This document shows positions 19,540 through 28,777 of a stretch of 64,000 nucleotides of DNA, one piece after another (position 1 is the stretch's first letter; every line of letters starts with the position of its first letter). The notes below the pieces were generated by a model, which saw only the letters and a list, made by a program, of their open reading frames with translations, searched no databases and was not told the DNA's origin. The position numbers and the translations under genes are program-made. Where the stretch lies: contig OY764216.1 in assembly GCA_963668315.1 (NCBI GenBank), forward strand, positions 96,001-160,000, read 5' to 3'. This stretch comes from Spirochaetia bacterium (GTDB lineage Bacteria; Spirochaetota; Spirochaetia; DSM-2461).

Positions 19540-20096
19540 TTATACCAATTCAGTGTAAAAACATCCCCCACCCTATACGGACAATGTCAGTAAACAATCG
19601 GAAAAAACATATAATTTTTTCTGCTGCCGTCGGCTCCGCTATCAGGCGGGAAGTGGAAGCATTCTCCACCTCTTATAATGTAGCAGTCATAATACCTCGG
19701 CCCGGGATTATCATAGCAGAAGAACTGAAAAAGAGTATCATTGAACTACCAGGTTTTCTGTCCAAGGATTCTTGGTTCGGGACCATTATTGCCATAGGGA
19801 AGTTCAAAACGGCCGACTAGCTGACTTTGGAAATTGGTGGAGTAACAGCTAATAAGGAGGACCGCATGGGAATTGCTCATTGTCGTCCCCCATGTGCCGT
19901 CCGGGACCGGTGGACTCAGCCTGTCCATTGCGCGTATCCATAAGATAGAACTGGGGGTTGTTATATTCATCCCTCTCTTCAATCATAAGATACTTATTAA
20001 AGTATTGACCGATCACTTGCCTTTTCATATCGGAGTAATCATAAAAGGAACCGGTAACCGACCGATTCTCAGTATAAAAGCTAACCCGCCGCTATG
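19540..20096 (-). pseudogene. Decayed ORF remnant adjacent to IS256
   Basis: Protein-like segments (SFYTENRSVTGSFYDYSDMKRQVIGQYFNKYLMIEERDEYNNPQFYLMD; VGRFELPYGNNGPEPRILGQKTW*FNDTLFQFFCYDNP) broken by a frameshift and in-frame stops. Confidence 0.45.
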
Positions 20097-21402
20097 GATA
20101 GTGTACAATAGTGTCTGTAAATTGATAAAGAAGGGGGCTTGAAAAAGTTAGCCAATCAGTCTTCGATTAGTTCGACGAAAAACAAAAGAAGGCATCATGA
20201 CTAACGAGGATTACTATAGCGTTTTCGATCAAATGATTGAAGACCTTCAGGCAGAGAATAGAGAAGGATTAACAAAAGTCATAAGTTCAATAATGAATTT
20301 ATCTATGCGGTTAGAGCAGGAGAAGGCAATTCAAGCCAGTCATTATGAACGGAACGATGATCGTATTGGGCATAGGAATGGGTACAAGAGCAGAAAGATC
20401 CGGACTCGAGTCGGCGAAATTCCCATCGAGATCCCACAGGTCCGTGGGATGGAATTCTATCCTGGCAGCATTGAAAAGGGGTGCCGCAGCGAAAGAACCC
20501 TGAAAATGGCCATAGCTCAGATGTACATCCAAGGCGTATCAACTCGCAGAGTGACCAAAATAGTAGAACAGCTCTGCGGCTTCGAAGTTTCCCAATCGCA
20601 GGTTTCAGAAGCGGCAGCTCTCCTTGATGAAGAGATCACCAAATGGCGTAATCGTCCACTGGGAGCTTTTCCTTATCTTGTCGTTGACGCCACTTATGAG
20701 AAGGCTCGAGTGAATAGAACTGTTGTTTCTGCAGCCGTTCTAATTGCCTATGGTGTTGATAATAATGGGAATGGGATGAGACGAGTATTGGGTATTTCTA
20801 CAGAACTCAGTGAGGCCGATGTACACTGGAGAGGTTTTCTTTCCGGTCTGGTAGATCGGGGGCTCCATGGCGTGAAGATGATAACTTCCGATGCTCATAG
20901 CGGCCTGAGATCAGCAATAGAATCGGTTTTTCCAACAGTTCCCTGGCAGCGGTGCCAGTTCCATCTGCAACAGAATGCGGGACATCATGTGCCAAAGAAA
21001 AGTATGGATAAAGAGGTCGCGGAGGATATAAGAACCATTTTTAACGCTCCCAATGGAGAGGAGGCTAACCGTTTTCTTTCTATGGCGGTGAAGAAGTATG
21101 AGAAAACTGCGCCAGAACTAAGCAGTTGGATGGATCAGAATGTTCCTGAAGCGCTCACGATCTTTAAAATGCCAAAGTCACATTGGAGAAGGTTAAGGAC
21201 TTCAAATCTGGCAGAACGTCAGATGAGGGAAATTAAAAGAAGAACGAAGGTGGCCATGATATTTCCAAATAAGGAATCTGTCGATAGATTGGTTTCCGCT
21301 CTGTCAATGGAAATAGATGAACAATGGTTCACAGGTAAGCGGTATTTAAATATGGAGACTGATTAACTTTTTTGATTTTACAGACAAAGGGGTTGCTCTA
21401 TC
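20097..21402 (+). mobile_element. IS256-family insertion sequence
   Basis: Imperfect terminal inverted repeats GATAG-N10-TGTCTGTAAA (from 20097) and TTTACAGACA-N11-CTATC (to 21402) around the transposase; no target duplication visible. Confidence 0.9.
20197..21366 (+). CDS. IS256 family (Mutator-like) transposase
   Basis: RNGY, MYIQGVSTRRV, VDATYEK, TSDAHSGL, WQRCQFH, RTSNLAERQMREIKRR. Confidence 0.97.
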   Translation: MTNEDYYSVFDQMIEDLQAENREGLTKVISSIMNLSMRLEQEKAIQASHYERNDDRIGHRNGYKSRKIRTRVGEIPIEIPQVRGMEFYPGSIEKGCRSERTLKMAIAQMYIQGVSTRRVTKIVEQLCGFEVSQSQVSEAAALLDEEITKWRNRPLGAFPYLVVDATYEKARVNRTVVSAAVLIAYGVDNNGNGMRRVLGISTELSEADVHWRGFLSGLVDRGLHGVKMITSDAHSGLRSAIESVFPTVPWQRCQFHLQQNAGHHVPKKSMDKEVAEDIRTIFNAPNGEEANRFLSMAVKKYEKTAPELSSWMDQNVPEALTIFKMPKSHWRRLRTSNLAERQMREIKRRTKVAMIFPNKESVDRLVSALSMEIDEQWFTGKRYLNMETD

Positions 21403-21598
21403 TAACATCCGCATCTGTCATTTTACCGGGAATAACAAACCGGGATGCAATGACTGATCCAAAGGAAGGAACAATATCAACTATATTCTCTTCCGTACCA
21501 CTGTCTCCGTCATCATCTCCCGTGCTTTCGGGTTGAGGGCAACTGTAAAATAACAACGTTATGAATATAAAAGCCACACAAATAGTTAATCTTTTCAT
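21403..21598 (-). pseudogene. 5' fragment of a lipoprotein gene truncated by IS256
   Basis: MKRLTICVAFIFITLLFYSC lipobox; the frame enters the IS right end and stops at a TAG inside the inverted repeat. Confidence 0.75.
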
Positions 21599-21645
21599 TT
21601 GTATCTCCTATTGCCCAATCATCGTATGAAAAGGACATAAAAAAT

Positions 21646-21689
21646 ATGGGAAAAATTCCCATTGGAAAGAATCAACTTTACACTATAAT
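21646..21689 (+). promoter_or_regulatory. Palindromic box abutting a sigma70-like promoter
   Basis: ATGGGAA-AAA-TTCCCAT (21646-21662), then TTGGAA-N16-TATAAT. Confidence 0.55.
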
Positions 21690-21827
21690 TATACCTGAAT
21701 TGATAATTCAGGAGAGATTTTAGCGGGAAGCAGATGAAATCGAAACGTTTCTTAATGAACGCTCTTATGATGATAAAATATAGATAAAAAGAGAGCTTTT
21801 CCAAATGATTTTTCAAGAGGTTTTAAA

Positions 21828-22661
21828 ATGAAGAAAATGGTTATAGTTTTTATTTCGGCTGTTATGGTGTTCGTAGGGTGTGATACAGGTTCTGTTGATA
21901 CAGCCGATGTCATATCTGATTGCAGTTTCACTCTTGAGTCTGTCGGTACTGACAGTGTTACAGCTGTTACAAGAGGCGTTGCTTCAGATAACGGTATTAA
22001 AATTGCCTTTCGGTCTTCTGATATCGAGTTCTGGTCAACGTCTGGTGATTATTCCAATCTTGTTTCTGCAAAGTATGGGATTGAGGGAAATGTATCGAGA
22101 GAAGTAACTCTTTCTGATACTAGTAACAATGTCATTTTTATGCCTAATAGTGCAAAGTTTACTGACTATGAAATGCCTGAGTTTGAGAAAAAGAGATACG
22201 ATATTGCAAGACTTGATATTGGATCAGGGAGAATTGAATATTCCAAAAATGTAAGTGATCTTACCGACGGTGATATTTTTCTCGAAGATGATCTTGATGG
22301 TAATAGCATTATACTGATTGATGAAAATAAGCTTAATCATATTGTCTATGTTCCGAGATCAGCCGATGATGATTATTTTGAATCTAAGATTAGTAATAAT
22401 GATGATGAAGATTTTGTATCTGCTCTTAAGCTTGTTTATGATTTCCGTGCAAATAATCCTGATATTGATATGGATGGAGCACTGTTCGTTCCTTTCCAGG
22501 CAGTAGATTTTACTAAAAATGCTAAAAAGCTTAAGATCAGTGTTAACTGGGACATGTCTTCCATTTTTGAAATTTACAATGAAGAGATGGGAGAGTATGT
22601 ACTTAACGGAGATGCCGATGGTACACCTTACGACTTTGATATTGACGTTGAAGTAAAATAA
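21828..22661 (+). CDS. Hypothetical acidic lipoprotein (AT-rich gene)
   Basis: MKKMVIVFISAVMVFVGC lipobox; strongly A/T-ending codons unlike neighbouring core genes. Confidence 0.8.
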   Translation: MKKMVIVFISAVMVFVGCDTGSVDTADVISDCSFTLESVGTDSVTAVTRGVASDNGIKIAFRSSDIEFWSTSGDYSNLVSAKYGIEGNVSREVTLSDTSNNVIFMPNSAKFTDYEMPEFEKKRYDIARLDIGSGRIEYSKNVSDLTDGDIFLEDDLDGNSIILIDENKLNHIVYVPRSADDDYFESKISNNDDEDFVSALKLVYDFRANNPDIDMDGALFVPFQAVDFTKNAKKLKISVNWDMSSIFEIYNEEMGEYVLNGDADGTPYDFDIDVEVK

Positions 22662-22752
22662 ACTTTTAAGACTATGGGGAAAACATACTCCCGACTTCTG
22701 CGGATTAAGCACTACGGTTATTGATTTGTCAATCCTTAAATGTAACTGTTAT

Positions 22753-23364
22753 TCAGAGGATGACGATTCCCAGCCTGATAGCTTCCTTAATCAGTTCAGC
22801 CATATTGGATATTTCCATTTTTCTCATGATCTTATCCCGGTGGTTATTGACGGTTTTTGAACTGATTCCCAGTTTATAGGCAATCTCTTTGTAACCAAGC
22901 CCCTTTGCCAGCATGGCGAAGATCTGCTGCTCCCGGGAGGAAAGGCTTTCGTATTTCGAGTCGATGTTTATACAGTTCCTGTCCAGCTCCTCTTTGAGGG
23001 AAGAAGAAAGCCAGAAATTTTTCCTGAGTGGATTATTTACAGCTTCCAGGAGCCGTTCAAGTGGTTCATCCTTAAGAAAATACCCCCTGGCCCCCTCCTG
23101 CACGGCTTTTTGAACATAATAGGATGATTTATGCATGGAGAGGATAAAAACCGTTGTTGTTCTCGGAAGGTGGGGCAAGAGGGAAAAGCCGCTCTCTCCC
23201 CCGAGGGAAATATCCACAATGGCAATATCAAAAGTCCTGCGATTCAACAGAGTTAATGCTTCGTCAATCGTAGAGGCGTATTCCAGCAGGCTACCGTGGG
23301 CAAAGTTGCTTTTCAGGCCTTCGTGAATCAGTTTATGGTCGTCAACAATCAGTATACTTTTCAT
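22753..23364 (-). CDS. NarL/LuxR family response regulator
   Basis: IVDDH, VDISL phospho-Asp, LSM, LK; LSSREQQIF...KEIAYKLGISSKTVNNHR. Confidence 0.95.
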   Translation of the reverse strand: MKSILIVDDHKLIHEGLKSNFAHGSLLEYASTIDEALTLLNRRTFDIAIVDISLGGESGFSLLPHLPRTTTVFILSMHKSSYYVQKAVQEGARGYFLKDEPLERLLEAVNNPLRKNFWLSSSLKEELDRNCINIDSKYESLSSREQQIFAMLAKGLGYKEIAYKLGISSKTVNNHRDKIMRKMEISNMAELIKEAIRLGIVIL

Positions 23365-24485
23365 TCTTCCAGCGAAATCTCCACGACAATTTCCGTTCCC
23401 CTTTGCCCATTGTCCACAATGGAGAACCTTCCCTTCATAATACCGATTCTCTGCCGGATGCCGGAAAGCCCCAGCCCCTGCTTAAAATTGTCCATGCCTA
23501 TCCCGTCATCTTTATACCTGATGAGAAGTACAGGATGGGAGCAGGTTAAGTTTAGATGAACGATTCCCGCATTCGAATGCTTCCAGCTGTTTGTTAATAA
23601 TTCCTGTATGATTCTATAAATATGGAGCTGTTGCTGAGGATCAGGGTTCATAGCGGAAAGTCCATGATGGGTAACCTGAAGCTCGATATCGGAAATCGAT
23701 CGATAGTCGGAATAAAGGTAATTCAATGCTTCCGGTAGGGATGAGTCGATCAGATCAGGAGTCCTGAGTTCCTGTGAAAGGGAGCGGACTCTTTGGATGA
23801 CATCATCGGTATATTTCGATGCCAGTTCATATTCGCCGGACCGGTGCGGAGAGTTCAGGATACCCTTGATCACCGTCAATTTTTGGGCCACATCATCATG
23901 CAGCTCCAGAGAAATCATATTCTTCTCTTCTTCCAGAAGATTAACCAGCTTCCTGTCCATCTCCCGGGCATACTTTTCATTCATATACTTTCGGGTGCTG
24001 TCATACTCGGAAATCCCAATGATAATCAGCAAAATGAGACTCATTCCCACGAAGGAAGAGAAGAGGATTTTGAGGGATCTGTTCTGCGTCCTCTCATAGT
24101 CCGCCGTCCACGAAATGATATCTTTGAGAGCCGCAAACCGCGTTTCATAGTCCTCACCGCCGATTTCCCGGTTAACGGACAGTATCTGCCCGGGACTGCC
24201 ATCGTTTGCGGGGAGATTCATAAGGGAAGATTCCTGTATCAAAGAATCAATATCCCCGAAAACTTTCTCCCTTTCCGACGGATCGCTGAATGCCTGGCCA
24301 AGACGGATTATCTGGAAAGAAAGCTGCTCTTCCCATGTCCGTATTTCATCGGAAGAGGTGAACAGTATTTTTCCAATAAGAATCATCAGGAGAAGAAAAA
24401 AGAGATAGCCTCCTATCATAGATATCCTGGAGGAAGAGAAACGGAGGGGATATTTATTCTCATTTATCTCGTTTTCTGTTATCAT
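23361..24485 (-). CDS. Sensor histidine kinase (HisKA_3 type)
   Basis: Two TM helices, ISLELHDDVAQ, YRIIQELLTNSWKHS, DDGIG, GLGLSGI; 4-bp overlap with the regulator. Confidence 0.93.
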   Translation of the reverse strand: MITENEINENKYPLRFSSSRISMIGGYLFFLLLMILIGKILFTSSDEIRTWEEQLSFQIIRLGQAFSDPSEREKVFGDIDSLIQESSLMNLPANDGSPGQILSVNREIGGEDYETRFAALKDIISWTADYERTQNRSLKILFSSFVGMSLILLIIIGISEYDSTRKYMNEKYAREMDRKLVNLLEEEKNMISLELHDDVAQKLTVIKGILNSPHRSGEYELASKYTDDVIQRVRSLSQELRTPDLIDSSLPEALNYLYSDYRSISDIELQVTHHGLSAMNPDPQQQLHIYRIIQELLTNSWKHSNAGIVHLNLTCSHPVLLIRYKDDGIGMDNFKQGLGLSGIRQRIGIMKGRFSIVDNGQRGTEIVVEISLEE

Positions 24486-24488
24486 ACG

Positions 24489-25091
24489 ATGATGGTACTA
24501 TACTATAAAATCAGTAAAAAATATCGAGTCCCGTCAGTAATTCTGATTACGATTCTGTCCGGCGCGCTCAATGGTTTTATAGGCTATACCAATCAGCTTT
24601 GGGAGTTTCCCTTTTTCTTTGATTCCACATTCACCATCCTGGTTGCCGGTCTTATCGGTCTCTGGCCGGGTCTATTGGTAGGTGTTTTATCCAATTTTTT
24701 CTTCGAACTCTTTGCCGGATTTCCCGGATATATTTTCCCTTTCACAATTGTCAATATCATTACGGCGTCGGCTACCTATTTCCTCGTTCGGAAACAGTTT
24801 ATAAAAACGGCTCCGGGACTTTTGTGGATGATCATCATTATTGCCCTGCTGAATGCTCTTTTCGGGGCTATTATTGTATCTTATGTTTTCGGAGGGATAA
24901 CAAATCAACCGGTAGATTCCGTGGTTAAGGCCATCGTAGTAACGGGACAGTCTCTTTTCACCTCTGCCTTTCTGGGAAGGATTCTGGTTAATGTGGTGGA
25001 TAAGGGAGTGGGGATTCTTATTCTCTTCCTGATTCATCGTCGACTGTCCCGGGAAAACGGTCAGAAACTATACAATTCTCAATATAAATAA
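24489..25091 (+). CDS. ECF transporter S-component-like membrane protein
   Basis: FPFFFDSTFTILVAGLIGLWPGLLVGVLSN...FGGIT...VNVVDK. The upstream part of the 432-aa track ORF is the antisense of the kinase; exact start uncertain. Confidence 0.75.
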   Translation: MMVLYYKISKKYRVPSVILITILSGALNGFIGYTNQLWEFPFFFDSTFTILVAGLIGLWPGLLVGVLSNFFFELFAGFPGYIFPFTIVNIITASATYFLVRKQFIKTAPGLLWMIIIIALLNALFGAIIVSYVFGGITNQPVDSVVKAIVVTGQSLFTSAFLGRILVNVVDKGVGILILFLIHRRLSRENGQKLYNSQYK

Positions 25092-25191
25092 TAGGAAAAC
25101 GCACATTCCGAAAAAAATCCCCCTCCCTATAGTCAAACACTAACCGGACGCTTCCGGGCCATCCCCGCGAGGCGCCAAAGAGAGGTACGAT

Positions 25192-25581
25192 ATGCAGGCA
25201 TTGAATTCAATTATTCTGGAAGGAAATCTGGTAAGAAAACCCGATGCGAAACTTACGTCAAAGGGAACGCCCGTATGCAATTTTACAGTGGCGTCCAACC
25301 GCTACTATCGCCTTGACGGCTCGGAGGAATCAAAGGAGGAGGTTTCCTTTTTTGATGTGGAAACCTGGTCCAAACAGGCTGAAATCTGCGAAAAGCATCT
25401 TGACCGGGGACGGGGTGTCCGTGTCGTGGGACGGCTGAAGCAGGATCGCTGGACAGATAAGGACGGTAATAACCAGTCCCGTGTGAAAATCGTAGCCGAG
25501 CATATAGAATTCAGACCCCGCACAAAAAACCAGAGCAATGAATCCGTTGAGGAAATCAAAGAGGAAGAAACCACATTCTAA
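25192..25581 (+). CDS. ssb: Single-stranded DNA-binding protein
   Basis: LNSIILEGNLVRKP, FTVASNR, FDVETW, GRGVRVVGRLKQDRW, acidic tail ending in F. Confidence 0.95.
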   Translation: MQALNSIILEGNLVRKPDAKLTSKGTPVCNFTVASNRYYRLDGSEESKEEVSFFDVETWSKQAEICEKHLDRGRGVRVVGRLKQDRWTDKDGNNQSRVKIVAEHIEFRPRTKNQSNESVEEIKEEETTF

Positions 25582-25601
25582 CTCTGTATTTTATCCCTTT
25601 C

Positions 25602-25637
25602 GGACACCCGGCCTCCCCTCCTATACGCCGGGTGTCC
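25602..25637 (+). terminator. Stem-loop after ssb
   Basis: GGACACCCGGC / GCCGGGTGTCC 11-bp stem; weak U tract. Confidence 0.6.
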
Positions 25638-25745
25638 TTCCTCCGGCCTTCTGTAATCCCCTCTTAATCCCCTCCTCCCCTTACTTTTTTTCTGGAAAAG
25701 AAAAATCTGTCTGACAAATTGCTTTTATGCAGTTATAATAACGGT

Positions 25746-26528
25746 ATGTTCGGCAGGAAAGACAGATTGACCAGGGAAGAGACAGACCGCTGTCTTGATA
25801 AAATCAGGGAACGCTATGATCACCTGATTACAACTTACATGGCTCCCATATCACTGAAAAATGAATTTGAATCCCGCTACTCCTATGCCCTCCAGATGCG
25901 GATGAGCATGGAGCTTTTCATCAAGGGCGAGGTAGAGGCGGTGGAAGAGCTGATTCAAGAGGAAGAGAAAGCACTTGATGAAGCGGAAAAGTCCGCCGAG
26001 CAGGAAAGGCTTAACGGGGGAAGGCCTAAAAAATCCTTTGCCGATAAAGTGGTTGAAGACATGGAGAAAAAAATCCAGGGTTATCCCTCGCGTAAACTTC
26101 ATCAAGGGGCCAGCCTGGAAATTGTCAAACTTTACGGAGCTCTCCAGCAGTTTGAAAGAGACTTCTGGGGCACGGTGGAAAACTTCCTTCTGAGAATCTT
26201 TCCTTCCGAAAGGAACGGTCTTCTGGCCCAGCTGGACCAGGATTTATGGAATATGACCTACAGCCGCGAAAAGGACGTGGACAACCGCGATACCCCCCTT
26301 GCCCTGGAACGCTATGTGATGATGCTGGAGACGAATGATTATCATTACGACCTTATGGGGGAAAGTCAGAACTGCATTAAACAGGCCGCCTTCTGGGTTC
26401 ATGAAGTCAGGAATTCCATCCGAAAAGCGGAAGAACTGGGATTCACGGAGGACCGCATCAAACTGGCCGAAGAAGAACTCACACGCATCATCGAAGACTT
26501 CCGCATCAGAGACATAAAAAGGGGTTAG
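25746..26528 (+). CDS. Helical hypothetical protein
   Basis: Open frame with normal codon usage; start reassigned to ATG 25746, 6 nt after TATAAT. Confidence 0.7.
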   Translation: MFGRKDRLTREETDRCLDKIRERYDHLITTYMAPISLKNEFESRYSYALQMRMSMELFIKGEVEAVEELIQEEEKALDEAEKSAEQERLNGGRPKKSFADKVVEDMEKKIQGYPSRKLHQGASLEIVKLYGALQQFERDFWGTVENFLLRIFPSERNGLLAQLDQDLWNMTYSREKDVDNRDTPLALERYVMMLETNDYHYDLMGESQNCIKQAAFWVHEVRNSIRKAEELGFTEDRIKLAEEELTRIIEDFRIRDIKRG

Positions 26529-27556
26529 GGCTCGTAAACCTCATCGGTATTGGGCCGCCCGAAGCTGGAGTTTCCCGTGGGCACCGTATGCCAGTCATCA
26601 CGGGAATCCTTATCATCCGAAAGGGAACTGCGGCATAGACTCCTTGTGCTGGAGGTCTGGCCGGATGGAATCCCCTCTTCCGGGGTGATGACGGCCCCCT
26701 CCATATACCATCCCCTGCGCGCCTCTTCCATGGCGGAAAGTTCTTCTATCTGCGGCCACAGGGTTGATGTCCAGCCTTCGTATTTGTCCTTATCCTTACC
26801 CGCCCGGTTGGTATAGATAACACGATCCATAATCTCTCCCTTGACCGGCAATGTTACAAGGGAGAGAATCCCGTTTGTTCCCGAAAGATTCATATCCTCC
26901 GCCGGCCAGAGATCCCGAATATCAGACTCCGACCGCAGACCAGATGATAGATTCAGATCGTCTCCCGTTTCGGAAATCTCGCCCTCATCGCCCCGTGGCC
27001 GACAGTGAAGTATAATGTACTCCCCGGTCTCCACATCCATATCGGGGAAAAGATACATTCCTCCGCGGTGAGATTCCGTTCCCAACAGGAGAGCCATCCC
27101 CGCGCAATTTCCCCCGGAGCGGACGAAAAACTCGACCATATCAGGCCGGGAGGATGAACCGTTGGGAGAGATTTCATTAATCAGTATATCCGGCTGTGAC
27201 TCATTGGGCGCATAGAACTCAAACAGAAACCAGTTGGTATTGCCCTTTTCATCGCAGACGTCAAGATGAAGGGTATTCCGTGAGCCGGGAAGACAGGGCG
27301 GCAGGAAAGCGATGTTCAAAGTACCGTCATCTCCGCCGGTTATCTCGATGCCCCCTTCCGGCTCCCTCTGGGCGGATTCTCCCTCGGCCAGGACAGGCTC
27401 GTCAAAGGTCACTACCATTTCACCCGGTCCTTCAAGGGAATAGTCCAGAAGCACCGGGGGCGTTTTATCCCGGGGGGGAAGGACCGATTCGGCCATAGGC
27501 GTACCTCCGCAGGACATAAGAACAAAAAGCATCAAGGGAAAAATTGATATTTTCAT
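26525..27556 (-). CDS. Lipoprotein with Ig-like and lamin-tail-like domains
   Basis: LMSC lipobox; DKTPPVL...VTFDEPV; ILINEI...DMVEF...GEYIILH...LSGTNG. Confidence 0.7.
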   Translation of the reverse strand: MKISIFPLMLFVLMSCGGTPMAESVLPPRDKTPPVLLDYSLEGPGEMVVTFDEPVLAEGESAQREPEGGIEITGGDDGTLNIAFLPPCLPGSRNTLHLDVCDEKGNTNWFLFEFYAPNESQPDILINEISPNGSSSRPDMVEFFVRSGGNCAGMALLLGTESHRGGMYLFPDMDVETGEYIILHCRPRGDEGEISETGDDLNLSSGLRSESDIRDLWPAEDMNLSGTNGILSLVTLPVKGEIMDRVIYTNRAGKDKDKYEGWTSTLWPQIEELSAMEEARRGWYMEGAVITPEEGIPSGQTSSTRSLCRSSLSDDKDSRDDWHTVPTGNSSFGRPNTDEVYEP

Positions 27557-27605
27557 AGACTCCTCCGCACATAGGGGGAGGCCTTTTTTTCTCCCTATCC
27601 CGGAA

Positions 27606-28643
27606 TCAGAGAGCTTTTGTCATCCTCAGGGCCAACAGAATATCCGCCCCTTCATAGGTAAAGGGATCCTCCTCGAAATGAACCTGCATGACCCAATCCC
27701 CGAAGGATTTCTTCACCCCCAGGAGGAACCCCGTCTGGGGAAGGGTAAACAGACGGACCGTACCCAGATGAGAATAGGTTCTGAACCTGTCTGAACGGAT
27801 GGGTGAGGTCTCTATCTCGATCTGGGCAAGGATCTTCCAGTCAGGCCCCGGCAGGAATCCCAGAGCCAGAGTCGTCTGGGACACAGGTCTTGTCGCATAG
27901 GTATCTGACCCGAACAGCAGTGAGGCGGCCCAGTCTCCCGGGAAAACAAAACCCTGCTGCCAGTCAAAGGACCATCGGGGATGAATCATCCACTCCCCCA
28001 GAATCTGCAGGCCCACATCGGCCGCTCCCGAACCGGATGCCTGAGCAAGGTTCCCCGTGGGGAGCTTCAGGGAACCGGCCGCAGCCATGACCAAAGAGGG
28101 TCTTTCCCGGAATGTCCATATACCGGACAGATCGGTATCTCCCAGAGAGAGAGCCCTGTGGTCCAGGCGGATATCTTTCCCGTCAAGGTTATCCAGATCG
28201 ATAATCAGTCTGTTCTGATCAAAAAGCTCCCGTCCCGCATTGGGAAAACCGAAAAGGCTGTGAAACCGTTCGATGACAGGATCAAAAACGCCTCCGTAAT
28301 AGGAAATGAGCCGAATATCCGCCGTGACCATAAGATCATCTCTTAGGCGGTAGCGGTATCCCCCTTCCAGGATGGTACTCTCATAATCCAGAGCCTCCGT
28401 TTCCAGATCGTAGGCCACGAACTCATTCACACAGGTCGTGGCGATTGTCAGATAACTCTCCCCGCTCTTTCCCGACCGGGGGGACATGCCGGGGAAGGTG
28501 TAAACCGGCAGGTGGGCAAGATAGAAATTTTTCCGGTAAAAGGGGCCGGAAAGGCCATAATCGGTCTGGGAAGAAAGAGGCAGAGCCAGAAGGAGAAAGA
28601 GAAAAACCGGCCGCAGCCTTTTCTTTACCGGGGAAAAAAACAA
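27606..28643 (-). CDS. DUF3187-like putative outer-membrane beta-barrel protein
   Basis: Signal peptide; GGVFDPVIERFHSLFGFPNAGR, LGDTDL, LKLPTG, GSGAAD. Confidence 0.75.
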   Translation of the reverse strand: MFFSPVKKRLRPVFLFLLLALPLSSQTDYGLSGPFYRKNFYLAHLPVYTFPGMSPRSGKSGESYLTIATTCVNEFVAYDLETEALDYESTILEGGYRYRLRDDLMVTADIRLISYYGGVFDPVIERFHSLFGFPNAGRELFDQNRLIIDLDNLDGKDIRLDHRALSLGDTDLSGIWTFRERPSLVMAAAGSLKLPTGNLAQASGSGAADVGLQILGEWMIHPRWSFDWQQGFVFPGDWAASLLFGSDTYATRPVSQTTLALGFLPGPDWKILAQIEIETSPIRSDRFRTYSHLGTVRLFTLPQTGFLLGVKKSFGDWVMQVHFEEDPFTYEGADILLALRMTKAL

Positions 28644-28777
28644 AACACTAAACTCCTACTCGCACTGAATGAACTGTTCACCTATGGCGGAGGGCGGAAT
28701 TCCCCCGACAGCCTTTACAGATTGGGCTAAATCGGGCCACTTGTCAAGTTTGATTCTTCCGTTCTATACTGGCCCCC

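Noticed and set aside
23793..24488. N-terminal 232 aa of the 432-aa track ORF, suggesting a fusion protein
   Set aside because: It lies entirely antisense to the histidine kinase; only the part from about 24489 looks like a real protein.
28631..28648. Poly-T tract at the start of the DUF3187-like gene as a phase-variation switch
   Set aside because: Only 7 nt long, and an in-frame TTG with acceptable SD spacing exists.
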